Shown here piece by piece: positions 53,001 to 64,000 of a stretch of 64,000 nucleotides of DNA. Position 1 is the stretch's first letter; every line of letters begins with the position of its first letter. The DNA lies in NCBI GenBank assembly GCA_028826165.1, contig JAPDFW010000070.1:186001-250000 (forward strand), given 5' to 3'. The notes below the pieces were generated by a model. That model did no database searches. It was given only the letters and a program-made list of their open reading frames with translations, and had not been told where the DNA came from. Both the position numbers and the translations under genes were made by a program. This DNA comes from Anaeramoeba ignava BMAN. Its lineage: Eukaryota > Protista > Anaeramoebae.

Positions 53001-53696
53001 TCTGTCAACGTATTTCATGTCAACAAGTTTTTTAATGTCATCATAATCAATGACGTTAATTTTGGAAATTCCGTGAGAAGTTCGAAAACCGTCGAAAAAA
53101 TGCAAAAACGGAATTGAGGATTCTAACGCCGCTAAATGAGCCACAAGTGCAAGATCCATCACCTCTTGCTGGTTGTTGCTAGACAACAGCGACCATCCTG
53201 TGGATCGCACGTGCATCACGTCGCTGTGATCACAGAACATCGATCCAATGTGCCCAATGATAGCCCGCGCTGCTACATGCATAACGGCTGGCATAAGTGC
53301 CGATGACATCTTAAACATATTTGGCACCATCAGTAAAAGTCCTTGTGACGATGTATATGTACTTGTTAACGCCCCAGCTGCTAATGCCCCATGTACTGCT
53401 CCGGCAGCTCCTCCTTCGCTCTGCATAAGCTGGACTGTCACTTGTTCTCCAAAAATATTTTTTTTTTTTTTTGCTGAAAAATGATCGATATGCTCCCCCA
53501 TTGCTGATGATGGTGTAATTGGGTAGATAAATGATGTGTCAGATAACGCATAAGCAATATGAGCTGCTGCACTGTTACCGTCCATCGCTTCTGTATGGTG
53601 CTCTCGGATCATTTCTCTCATTATTTTTGTTATTTTTGCACCCAAAAATCTGTTTGTTTTATTTTTATTTTTTTGTATTAATTTTGTTGTAAGCAT
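50022..53696 (-). CDS. PFO: Pyruvate:ferredoxin oxidoreductase with putative hydrogenosomal/MRO presequence (1224 aa, intronless)
   Basis: MDGNSAAAH, YPITPSS, MQSEGGAAGAVHG, GLGSDGTVGANK; 4Fe-4S motifs CTQCNICSFVCP and CLSCELCVKQCP; EFSGACAGCG; TPP motif GGDGWAYDIG. Confidence 0.98.
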   Translation of the reverse strand: MLTTKLIQKNKNKTNRFLGAKITKIMREMIREHHTEAMDGNSAAAHIAYALSDTSFIYPITPSSAMGEHIDHFSAKKKKNIFGEQVTVQLMQSEGGAAGAVHGALAAGALTSTYTSSQGLLLMVPNMFKMSSALMPAVMHVAARAIIGHIGSMFCDHSDVMHVRSTGWSLLSSNNQQEVMDLALVAHLAALESSIPFLHFFDGFRTSHGISKINVIDYDDIKKLVDMKYVDRFHSVAFNPEHPSMRGTPVGDDAYFQWHTAPLKYFQAVPEIVEKVMKRVGDSTGRYYNLFEYFGAPDAEDVIVMMGSSSDTAQEAVDYINDKGGKVGLIKVRLYRPFSATHFLKTLPKTVRRITVLDRVREYGAFAQPLYLDVNAVIREPRSGFNPNIEEIVPGIYGLGGKDLTPGMAIAAFENMKKKEPKRNFSVGIVDDVTNTHLAYNFEPDLVPKGTKQCLFWGLGSDGTVGANKEAIAIIGENTDLNAQGYFMFDAKKSGGLTFSHLRFGPKKITSQYDIRHADYLAFHNPSFIARYPQVINKIKDNATFVINTPAETWEELDKQMPDIMKGVIAKKNVRLFVIDAEKLADQLGLRGRINMIMQTVFFKLSEVIPFDKAIKYLKDSIVKNYKKQGEAVVNKNIAMVDIAVSNVKEIHYPKAKWAELYKEDFKMPTEIDPNAPENVKKYIFPAMRLEAANLPVSAFPVNGQSMTSTSKYEKRGIATKLPIWKPENCTQCNICSFVCPHAAIRPFILDHDEKSRKPEGYQTIESNVAEYKKLGYQFRVQVSPYDCLSCELCVKQCPANALDFENADKSIMEKEKKNWEFSQKIKNKADLLKSATVATSQYKQPLLEFSGACAGCGQTPYLKLITQLYGDRAMIANATGCSIIWGGHYPSFPYTVNDKGHGPSWGNSLFEDNAEYGYGMVKAMIHRRNQLATHVKKALDSYEISDPVERYTFEEWLLNKDLAKESQEFGDKIKKVISSKKVLNSPSLEHISKNLDILTKPSHWIIGGDGWAYDIGFGGLDHILAQEEDYNVLVFDNAFYANTGFQMSKATPRGAQAKFAMAGKDTKAKDLGLMAMQYGHIYIATVAMGANYNQFLKAIKEAEAYPGPSLIIAYCPCIGHGIKTGMCTTQQQQKLAVEHGLWNLWRFNPALKLQGKNPLILDSKKPKKLLLDFLKMEVRFAALYQTHPKEAEAMHNKLEEEVKEKYETLVGLSKMYEKHYKRK

Positions 53697-53929
53697 TTTT
53701 ATTATTTAAATAAAAAAAAATGAAAAAAAAAATAAAAAATAAAAAATTAAAATAAAATTTTTTAATTATTTTTTGCCCATTCAAAAAAAAAGAAAATTAA
53801 TCATAAACAAAAAGAAAATAAGCAAAAAATTTTACTTATTCGATTTTCTATTCCAATTTCTTTTTAATTTTAAATTTTCTTTTAATTTTAAATTTAATTT
53901 TAATTTTAAATTTAATTTTAATTTTAATT

Positions 53930-56900
53930 TTAATTCAATTTCGTTTTTTCTTCATTTTTAACTGCTTTTAAAAATCTTTCAACATTTCCTGAAAGTGCTT
54001 CTTCAATCATTTCTTGTTGATCTTTCGTTAAAGAAGGGGTTTTTTTTAAATTTATTTTTCTTAAAAGTCTTCCTCTTCTTCTTTTTGAATTTAAACTTAA
54101 AATTCTTTGTTTGTTTTTCATTTGTTTAATTTTAGAAATTTTAGGAGATCGTTTTGTTTTTTTTTTAAGTTTCTTTCCTTTTTGATTTGTATTTCCAAAT
54201 CTTTTCAAATTTACAACAACAAGGGGGGTTATTCCTCTTGAACTTATTGTTTTTGTTGGTGCTGTTTTTAAAGGGGTATGAATTTGATCAATTTTTTTCT
54301 GATTTTGGATTTTTTGGGGGGTTTCTTGTAATTTTGGTTTTGATTGATTTATATTTTGTTTTTCTTCTGGTTCAATTAAGGATAATAATAAATTATCTTC
54401 ATCATCTTCAAAAGCATCTTGAACATCATTTAAATGATTTTCATTTTCATTTAATTCATTTTCAATTTCATTTTCATTTTGATTTTCATTTAAATTTTGA
54501 TTTTCATTTAAATTTTGATTTTCATTTAAATTTTGTATTCGATCTTGTAATCTCGTTTTAATTCTTGGCTTTGGATTGCTTCTCATTATTCTTCTTGATG
54601 TTCGAATTATCGGTGTAATTCTTAAATTTTGATATTTTCCAATTTCCATATTTGCAAATGGTGAAGAAGGAACTTCTTGAAATTTCTTCCGTTGATTATC
54701 AATAAATACTTGTTTTTTAAATTGATCTTCAGAAATATGTATCAAATCATCAAATTCTTCATCTGAACTTTCTTGGTCAAAATCTCCTTTTTCTTGACTT
54801 TTTTTTTCTTGTTCTTTTCCAATAGAATTATTCTTTTTTGCATCAAGTAACAATGAAAGTTGATAATTCTTTTTGAATTCTTCATCAATATTTCCAGTTT
54901 TGATAAAACTCATATCAAAATTCGAATCAAGAACATCATCAGATATGATTTCTGATTCTGATTCTGATTCTGTGCTTGATCGTTGAAAACTTTGTAAATC
55001 CGTTTCATATGATTCGAATAACGATTCTAATTCATCATCTGAATTAGAAACCGAAATGATTATATTTTGATTTTCATTTATATTTTCATCTTTATCTATT
55101 GATTTTATATTTTCTAATTCTTCGATAATTTTATAACTATTTTGCATTTCAAAATTATTCTGATTTTCTCTCTTTGATTCTTTGTTTTCAATTTCATTTT
55201 TCATATTATTATCTAATTTTTGAATTTCAATTTCTTTTTCAAGTTGATTTGATTTCAAATCTTTTAAATTTTCTTTTTCTTTTTCATTTTCATTTTTTAT
55301 TTGATTTTCATTTATTATTTGATTTTTTATTTGAATTTGATTTATTTGATTTTGATTTTCATTTTCACTTTCATTTTCACTTTCATATTCACTTTCATAT
55401 TCACTTTGAATTTTATTTTCTTTTTCATTTTGATTTTGATTTTCATTTTCATTTTGGTTTTCATTTTGGTTTTGATTTTCAATTTCATTTTGATTTTCAA
55501 TTTCATTTTGATTTTGATTTTCATTTTCATTTTGATTTTCATTTTTATTTTGATTTTCATTTTCATTTTCATTTTGGTTTTCATTTTGATTTTGAATTTG
55601 ATTTTCATTTTGATTTTGAATTTGGTTTTGGTTTTGGTTTTGATTTTCATTTTGATTTTGAATTTCATTTTGATTTTCATTTTCAATTTCATTTTGGTTT
55701 TCATTTTGATTTTCATTTTGATTTTGAATTTCATTTTGGTTTTGATTTAAAAGTTGTTTCTCAAATTTTGATTGAAACTCTATTTCCATTTGATTTTTTT
55801 TTTCTTTTTCCATTTCATTTTGATTTTGAATTTGGTTTTCATTTTGGTTTTGATTTTCATTTTGGTTTTCATTTTGGTTTTCATTTTCAATTTCATTTTG
55901 ATTTTGATTTAAAAGTTGTTTCTCAAATTTTGATTGAAACTCTATTTCCATTTGATTTTCTTTTTCTTTTTTCATTTCGTTTTGATTTTGAATTTTATTT
56001 TGATTTTGATTTTGATTTTGAATTTTATTTTGATTTTGATTTTGATTTTTGATTTTGATTTTGATTTTGGTTTTGATTTTGAATTTGATTTTGATTTTGA
56101 TTTTGAATTTGATTTTGATTTTGAATTTGATTTTGATTTTGAATTTGATTTTGATTTTGATTTTGATTTTGATTTTGAATTTTATTTTGATTTTGAATTT
56201 GATTTTGCATTTGATTTTCTTTTTCTTTTTCCATTTGATTTTGATTTTGATTTTGATTTTGATTTTGATTTTGATTTTGAATTTGAATTTGATTTTCATT
56301 TTCATTTTGGTTTTGATTTTGATTTTGAATTTGATTTTTATTTTGATTTTGATTTTGATTTTGATTTTGAATTTGATTTTGAATTTGATTTTTATTTTGG
56401 TTTTGATTTTGATTTTGATTTTGGTTTTGGATTTGAATTTGATTTTGGTTTTGGTTTTGATTTTGGTTTTGGTTTTGATTTTGGTTTTGATTTTCATTTT
56501 CATTTTGATTTTGATTTTGAATTTGATTTTGAATTTGATTTTTATTTTGGTTTTGATTTTGATTTTGATTTTGATTTTGATTTTGATTTTGATTTTGATT
56601 TTGATTTTGATTTTGGTTTTGATTTTGATTTTGATTTTGATTTTGGAAATACTTCAGATCATCTTTTTCATTTATTCTCATTAAAGGATGAATTGGAGAA
56701 AATTGAAGATTAATTTCTTGTTGTTTTGCCATTTTTAGAGGAGATTTCAATTCTTGAACAAGATCTGTTAAAGTATTTGTCAATTTTATTAATTGTTCAT
56801 CTCGAGTTTTTAAATGATGAAGAATAGCAGCAAATTCTCCATAAAAAATATTTTTCATCTCATTTTGAATTAAGTTATTCTCTGTATTATTCATTTCTAA

Positions 56901-59051
56901 ATTTTCTGATTGTTTTTTGGGAATAATTTGGTTGATTTTCTCATTTGAGTTTCTTAAATTTGTTGTTTTATTTTCATTACTGTTTATTTTCAACTCATTT
57001 TTTTCTTGATTTTGATTTTTTTTGTTGGTATCTTCAATATCATTGACAATTATCCAATTATTCGTTGAAATCCTTCGTTTTGCAACTCTTATTCTTGGCT
57101 TTTTTTTCTTTTGCTTTAAATTTGTTTCTTCTTGTTTTGTCTTTGATTGAAGTGAAGTATTTATTTCAAATTGTTTAGTTTCTAAATTTTTGATTTGATT
57201 ATTTTTTGATGATTGATCTAATTCAACTTGGTGATTAATTTCCGATTTTTTTCTTTTTTTCTTTTTTAGGTTTCGTTTATCAATTTGAGAAGGAACCTGT
57301 TTTATATTTGGTTTTAAGTCTATTTTTGAATTTGATTGTAAATCATTTTCAATTTCATTTTCAATTTCAAAATCATTTTCATTTTCATTTTCATTTTCAA
57401 TTTCAAAATCATTTTCTGATTCAGATATTGAAATTAAATCTGGTATTAAATTTGGAATTAGATCTGATTCTGATTCTTGTTCAAACTCTGATTCTGATTC
57501 TGATTCTGATCTTAAAATTAATTTAGATTCCAAATTTTTTGATTTTGGTTTTGTATTTGATTTTAAATCTAATTTTGTAATTGATTGTAAATCAGGCTGT
57601 AAATCTAATTTAGATTTTTTATTTGGTTTTGTATTTGATTTTGATTTTGATTTTTGATTTGATTTTGTATTTGATTTTGTATTTGATTTTGTATTTGATT
57701 TTGTATTTGATTTTGTATTTGATTTATTTGATTGTAAATTAGGTTTCAAAACTAATTTTGTATTTGATTTTGTATTTGATTTTGTATTTGATTTTGTATT
57801 TGATTTTGTATTTGATTTTGTATTTGATTTTGTATTTGATTTTTGATTTGATTTTGTATTTGATTTTGTATTTGATTTTGTATTTGATTTTGTATTTGAT
57901 TTTGTATTTGATTTTGTATTTGATTTATTTGATTGTAAATTAGGTTTCAAAACTAATTTTGTATTTGATTTTGTATTTGATTTTGTATTTGATTTTGTAT
58001 TTGGTTTTGTATTTGATTTTTGATTTGATTTTTGATTTGATTTTGTATTTGATTTTGTATTTGATTGTAAATTAGGTTTCAAAACTAATTTTGTATTTGA
58101 TTTTGTATTTGATTTTGTATTTGGTTGTAAATCTAATTTGGATTCTAATTTTGATTTTAATTTTGATTTTGTATTTGATTTTGTATTTGATTTTGTATTT
58201 GATTTTGTATTTGATTTTGTATTTGATTGTAAATCAGGTTGTAAATCTAATTTTGATTTTGAATCTAATTTAGATTTATTTGATTTTGCATTTGATTTTA
58301 AATTAGGTTTCAAAATTAATTTTGTATTTGATTTTGTATTTGATTTTGTATTTGATTTTTTATTTGATTTTGTATTTGGTTGTAAATCAGGTTGTAAATC
58401 TATTTTTGATTTTGAATCTAATTTAGATTTTTTATTTGATTGTAAATTAGGTTTCAAAACTAATTTTGTATTTGATTTTGTATTTGATTTTGTATTTGAT
58501 TTTGTATTTGATTTTGTATTTGATTTTAAATCTAATTTTGTAATTGATTGTAAATCAGGTTGTAAATCTATTTTTGATTTTGAATCTAATTTAGATTTTT
58601 TATTTGATTTTTATTTGATTTTTTATTTGATTGTAAATTAGGTTTCAAAACTAATTTTTGTATTTGATTTTGTATTTGATTTTGTATTTGGTTGTAAATC
58701 AGGTTGTAAATCTATTTTTGATTTTGAATCTAATTTAGATTTTTTATTTGATTTTGATTGTGATTTTGATTTGGATTGTGATTTTGAATTCGTTTGTAAA
58801 TTTTCAATTTCAAAATCTTTAACAATCACTAAATCTCCATCTTCAAAAATATCATTAACTTTATAACCAAAAAATAAATCTGCTTGTTGTGAATTCATTA
58901 ACATTTTCACTTTGACTTTTTGATGGTAAGTTTTTTCATAAGTTTCTGAAATGATTTTCATTAATTTTTTGATTGTAAAATTTTTATCAACTAAAATTAT
59001 AAATTTTGTATTTTCAATTCCTGATACATTTAATTGAAAAAATTGATTCAT
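53930..59051 (-). CDS. Large low-complexity protein (~1,700 aa after correcting 1-nt indels at ~58655, ~58610, ~56048): N-terminal ubiquitin-like (Net1/Tof2-type) domain, SNTK and QN/EN repeats, basic NLS-like C-terminus
   Basis: ORFs 58638-59051, 56025-58457 and 53930-56503 join at homopolymer indels within repeats; non-repetitive segments read as real protein. Confidence 0.6.
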
Positions 59052-59330
59052 TTTATATTTTTAAAAAAATAAAAAAAACAAAAAAAGAAAAAATAAAAAT
59101 TTTTTTTTAATTATTTTTTTTTCATTTTTTTTTCATTTTTATTTTTATTTTTTTTTTTATTTTTCTTTTTAATTTTGATCGTTAAAAAAGTACGTTATTA
59201 AAAAATTTATTTATTTTCTATTTTTTATTAAATAAAATAAACTTAAAAACTAATCTAAAATAAAAAAATAATTAAAAAAAAAATAAAATAACGTAAAAAA
59301 GAGAGAACAACAATTTATTATAAAATTAAA

Positions 59331-62300
59331 ATGAGTCAAATTGCAAAAAATTCACAAAAATTTACAAAAAGCCAACTTTCAAAAATTAATCCAAAAATTA
59401 ACGAGAAATTTGAACAAAAAAAAATAGAAATAATTCAAAATCATTTAAATGTGAAAAAACAAGAATTTCAAAAATTCTTTAGTTATTTAAATTTATTAAT
59501 ATCAAAAGGAAAAGATAAATCAACAGAAAAAAATGAAAATCAAAATGAAAATGAAAATCAAAATGAAAATCAAAATGAAATTGAAATTGAAATTGAAAAT
59601 GAAAATGAAAATCAAAATGAAAATAAAGAAGCATTAATAAATTTTATTAATACATTTGATAACAAGAAAATTGAGTTAAATCTCTTTGAAAAAACTCCTC
59701 CTGATCTTTTATATTTGAAGCAAGAAATGAAAATAATGAATATTGAACGCAATATTTTATTTCGTCAATTAAGTTTAAAACAAAAATCATTTATTATCAA
59801 AAAAATTTGCAATTATTTGAGTAATCAAAGTATATTTGCTATTACTCCAGGTTCAACTTTGAAAGAACCAAAAAATTCAAGCATTTTTTCTTTAATACGG
59901 TATTTATTTTTATTTTTAATTCAAATTCAATTCAATTTTTAATTCAATTCAATATTCAATTTAATTTAATTCAATTTAATTTAATTTTTAATTCAAATTA
60001 ATTCAATTTTCAATTCAATTCAATTTAATTTAATTCAATTCAATTTTTAATTCAATTTAATTCAATTCAAATTAATTCAATTTATTTTTCAATTCAATTT
60101 AATTTTTAATTTTCAATTTAATTCAATTCAATTCAATTTAATTTTTAATTTAATTCAATTCAATTTAATTCAATTCTTAATTCAATTCAATTTAATTCAA
60201 TTTATTTTTCAATTCAATTTATTTTTCAATTTAATTCAATTTTCAATTTAATTCAATTTTCAATTCAATTCAATTCAATTCAATTTTTAATTCAATTTAA
60301 TTTAATTTTTAATTCAAATTAATTCAATTTAATTCAATTTTTAATTCAATTCAATTCAATTTAATATTCAATTTAATTTAATTCAAATTAATTCAATTTA
60401 ATTTAATTTATTTTTCAATTTATTTTTCAATTTATTTTTCAATTTATTTTTCAATTCAATTCAATTCAATTCAATTCAATTCAATTCAATTTTCAATTCA
60501 ATTTTCAATTCAATTTTCAATTCAATTCAATTCAATTCAATATTCAATTTAATTTAATTCAATTTTTAATTCAATTTTCAATTTAATTCAATTTAATTTA
60601 ATTCAATTTTCATTTTAATTCAAATTCAATTCAAATTCAATTTATTTTTCAATTCAATTCAATTTATTTCAATTCAATTTATTTTAATTTATTTTATTTT
60701 TTTCAGTGACACGTTTACTGATAAACCTTTAAGAGAATATGATAATTATATTTGTGAAGTTGTTTTATTTGAATTATTAAAATCTTTAACAAAAGAAAGT
60801 AAAAATCCAAAACAAAAAAAAAATTTTTTAAATCAAAATAAATCTTAAATAATAAAAAAATTTTTTTATATATATAAAAAAAATAATAAGTTGATTTAAT
60901 TCCTGTTGATTTTTATTTCGAGCGTTTGGTGAATTATGATCAATGCGATAAAAAAGATTTACTTCCTTATATAAAAAGTCCTGAAATAGCAGAAATATGG
61001 GAATCACTTATCAAATTATGGAAAAATTCATATTCACAAGGAAATTTAGATCCAGCTCAAATTTCTTCGCTATATTTCCCAATAATATTTCGATATTTAA
61101 ATCCAAAAATCAAAATCAAAGATGTTGAAGTCAAAGAAAATGATTCAGAAATTTTCCAGTTAAAAAACAAAGAAGGATATCTTGATATTACAACTCACAC
61201 TCGCCATCTATTCTTTTTCCAAAATGAACGGCAATCACAGAATTTCAAGACAAAATATTCAATCAAGTGCTTTGTTGTTATTGATGATAAATATATTCAT
61301 TTTTATCATGAAGAAAAAAAAGAAAATAAAATTGAAAGTTTTCTTCTACAAGACATTTCTGTGTATCAAAATAACCCAAAAATTGAAGAAGAATCAAATG
61401 ATTTAATTCAAAATTCCGAAAACATGAATATAAATACAAATACTAATACTAATGCAAACACAAATATAAATATAAATACAAATCCATCTTTAAATATGGA
61501 TTTCGATTTTTTCAGTGATGATCTTGAAAAAAGCTTTATTATTATGGAAAATAATTCAGGATTTTCATTCAAGTTAAAAGCAAAAAACTCTGAAGAAAAA
61601 AATAATTGGATTTCTGAAATTTATGAAAGAAAAATGGCATTATTTGTAATTTAATTTAAAATCAAAAATAAAATTTAAATCAAAATTTAATTCAAAATTC
61701 AAAATTCAAAATTCAAAATTTAATTCAGAACCAAACTGGCTTAATTCTTAATTATCTATCAACTTTAAATGATAAAAATCTTTTTGTAAATTTGCTTATT
61801 GCAAATGATATGACATTACTTGGAGCCATTGTAGAGAATTTTTCAACTCGTATTTATTCCAAAAATTTTGAATCATCAGAAACACTTGGAAGAGCATTAG
61901 TATATATTTTCCATTCAAGAGATCGTATTATTCCATTTTTAAGATGGATGATATATTTAGAAGTGACAGAAAAAAGTAAAAATAATGAACAAAATTTAAT
62001 TTAACATGAAAATTTCAAAAAATTGGTTTAAAAATTTTATTTAACATGAAAATTTCAAAAAATTTCATTTAAAAATAAAAAAGCTTCTGATAAATCACTA
62101 TTTAGATCAAGTTCACTTTCAGCAAAAGTGTTAGGAATTTATTCCCATCTAATTGGAGACGAATTTTTAATATCCACAATCAGTTCAACAATAAACACAG
62201 CATCAAAAGTAAAATCATATCTTGAACTTGATCCAGAAAAAGTTGGGAAAGATCAAGCAGATCGAAATCGAAGCGCAGCAATGTTAATAGCAAATGAAGT

Positions 62301-62859
62301 TATCGGCAAAATCATGATTTCAGTTCGAGAGATGCCGTTACAATTTTTTCAAATTTGTCGAGCAATTCACAAAACAGTTCGTAGAATTTTCCCATCATCT
62401 TCATCATCCGCAATCAATAGCTTTATTTTCTTGCGGTTCTTTGTACCAGCTATTGCTTCACCTGAAGCTTTTGGAATTGTGAAGGAAAGTGAAATCACAG
62501 TTACAATTCGACGTAATTTAGTTCTTGTTTCCAAAATAATCCAAAATATCGCAAATCAAATTGAAGGAATGATTGGTGCTCAAGCTTGTTTGAATAATTT
62601 TATTGCGCAAAGTTCTGTTCGTGTTGTCAAATTATATAAACAATTTGTTAAGATTCCTGAAGGCAAAAAAGATTTGTGGAGTTTTCAACATAAACCAGTT
62701 TCTCAAGAAGAAATTGACAATTCAATTGAAGTTGTTCAAAATTATGTTAAATCTCATTTTGATGATTTGAAGGATGTTTTGCTTCATTTTAATACAAGAA
62801 AATATATGACTCCTTATATTTTGGATTTCATTGAAAATCTCATTAATTTAAATATTTAA
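59331..62859 (+). CDS. RasGAP with upstream degenerate RhoGAP-like and PH domains (exons 59331-59899, 60707-60798, 60891-61645, 61729-61975, 62084-62859; ~812 aa)
   Basis: Arginine finger SLFRSSS; FIFLRFFVPAIASPEAFGI; LVLVSKIIQNIAN; PH end FKLKAKNSEEKNNWISEI; splices in frame. Confidence 0.88.
59925..60690. repeat. (AATTC)n pentamer array in RasGAP intron 1
   Basis: Visible tandem array. Confidence 0.9.
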
Positions 62860-63057
62860 AAATCATTTCTCCATTTATTCTCATCATTCAATTTAATTAT
62901 TCAACTGACTTATCAATTCATTCATTTTAGATTTGTTTTTTTTCCCTTTTTTTAATTTGATTCAAAAACAAAATCCAAAAAAAAAAAAACAATCTAAAAA
63001 AAAAAATTAAAATCAAAATTCATTTTTTTCATTTTTTCATTTTTTTTCTTTTCAAAA

Positions 63058-64000
63058 ATGAATGAAATTATATTTTTTGGAAGAAATCAAAATCCAATTA
63101 TAAGAAACGAAAAAATAAAAATAACAAAACCAATTCAATTTAAATTTGAAAATGAAAATGAAAATGAAAATGAAAAACAAATTAAACAAATTTCTTCAGG
63201 AAGTTATTCAACAATTTTCCTTTTTAAAAATGGAAAAGCAATAGAATATTTCAAGATATTCAAATCAAAATCCTGAAAAATCCAAATTGAAAATATTCAA
63301 AAAGTATCTGTTGGTGGCAGAAATGAAGCTATTTTAACATTAGAAGGAAATGTATTTGCTAAAGGAGATGATATTAATCCAGAAAATCCAAAAGAATTTA
63401 TCAATATTTCATCATTAATTGAAGATAAAAATGATAGAATAATTGAAGATATTGTTTCTGGATACGATTCAATTTACTTATTAACTTTAAATCAAAATGC
63501 TTATGGAATTGGTTCAAATTATTCTTGTCAACTTGGTTTTGATTCCAATGTACTTAAAAAAACAGAAAAACCAATTTTAATGATGAAAAATGTTTCTAAA
63601 ATATTTTCAGGAAATTTTTCAGATTATGTTTTTCTTTTAAATTCAAATCAAGAATTATTTGGATGCGGATATAATATATATGGACAACTTGGATTAGGAG
63701 AATCAATAAATGAAATAACAATCAATAAATTAACCAAAATAAAAAATATTCCAAAAGGCAAAATAATTGATATTCAATGTGGAAATTTTCATTCAATAAT
63801 GTTGATTGAAGATGAAGATAAAAATCCAAAAAGAAAACTTTATTCAACAGGATATTCTTCAAAAAATGGTCTTGGTAAAGAATTTAGAGATACTTGTGAA
63901 TTTACTGAAATCAAATCATCTTTATTTGAAAATGATGATAATATTCTTGATTTTTCTGTTGGAAGATCTCATACTTTGATTTTAACATCCAATTCAAAAT
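63058..64000 (+). CDS. RCC1-repeat protein of the same family, copy 4, partial (runs off window; frameshift at ~63250-63270)
   Basis: Clear paralogy to 45818-49662: KPIQFKF(EN)n, STIFLF, CGYNIYGQLGLG. Confidence 0.75.

Noticed and set aside
50232-53484. Short ORFs overlapping PFO on the + strand or in other frames
   Set aside because: Shadow ORFs expected from the higher GC content; no recognisable motifs.
61998-62066. Direct repeat TTAACATGAAAATTTCAAAAAATT x2 in a RasGAP intron
   Set aside because: A simple local duplication with no TIR or TSD; no evidence of function.
7977-62859. Inteins or homing endonucleases in the large ORFs
   Set aside because: I saw no C...HN-[C/S/T] insertion or LAGLIDADG motif interrupting conserved domains. 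An HMM search would be needed to exclude them fully.
1-64000. Alternative genetic code (stop-codon reassignment)
   Set aside because: Both TAA and TGA terminate conserved proteins at expected positions; interruptions are explained by introns or indels.
1-64000. tRNA, rRNA or snoRNA genes
   Set aside because: None recognisable by eye. Small intronic ncRNAs cannot be excluded without Infernal or tRNAscan-SE.

Overview
A very AT-rich, intron-containing eukaryotic genomic window from an anaerobic protist. It encodes a pyruvate:ferredoxin oxidoreductase (PFO) with a likely organelle presequence; a metamonad such as Anaeramoeba is my inference, not something the sequence proves. In order, the window holds: four tandem GPR137/TOM1-like 7TM genes; LAS1; a ~3,300-aa BEACH/WD40 gene whose last intron hosts a complete Mutator (MULE) transposon (perfect 54-bp TIRs, 8-bp TSD); RRP4; a coiled-coil protein with multiple TQT (LC8-type) motifs; glycerol kinase; AP-3 mu; a stand-alone myosin-I TH1 protein; five tandem divergent Rab genes sharing a 13-nt WDTAG microexon; an RCC1-BTB paralogue array; PFO; a ~1,700-aa low-complexity protein; a RhoGAP-like/PH/RasGAP gene; and a partial fourth RCC1-family copy. 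Introns and intergenic spacers are inflated by 5-, 6- and 12-bp tandem repeats, which explain most low-complexity ORFs in the track. Several genes carry small indels in homopolymers, probably assembly errors. The best leads are (1) RCC1-BTB paralogues with hypervariable propeller loops on a near-invariant scaffold, a possible recognition repertoire; (2) a conserved, potentially base-paired intronic element next to the Rab microexon; (3) the intronic MULE; (4) a multivalent LC8-binding scaffold; and (5) a shared TCATTTT initiator-like promoter motif.
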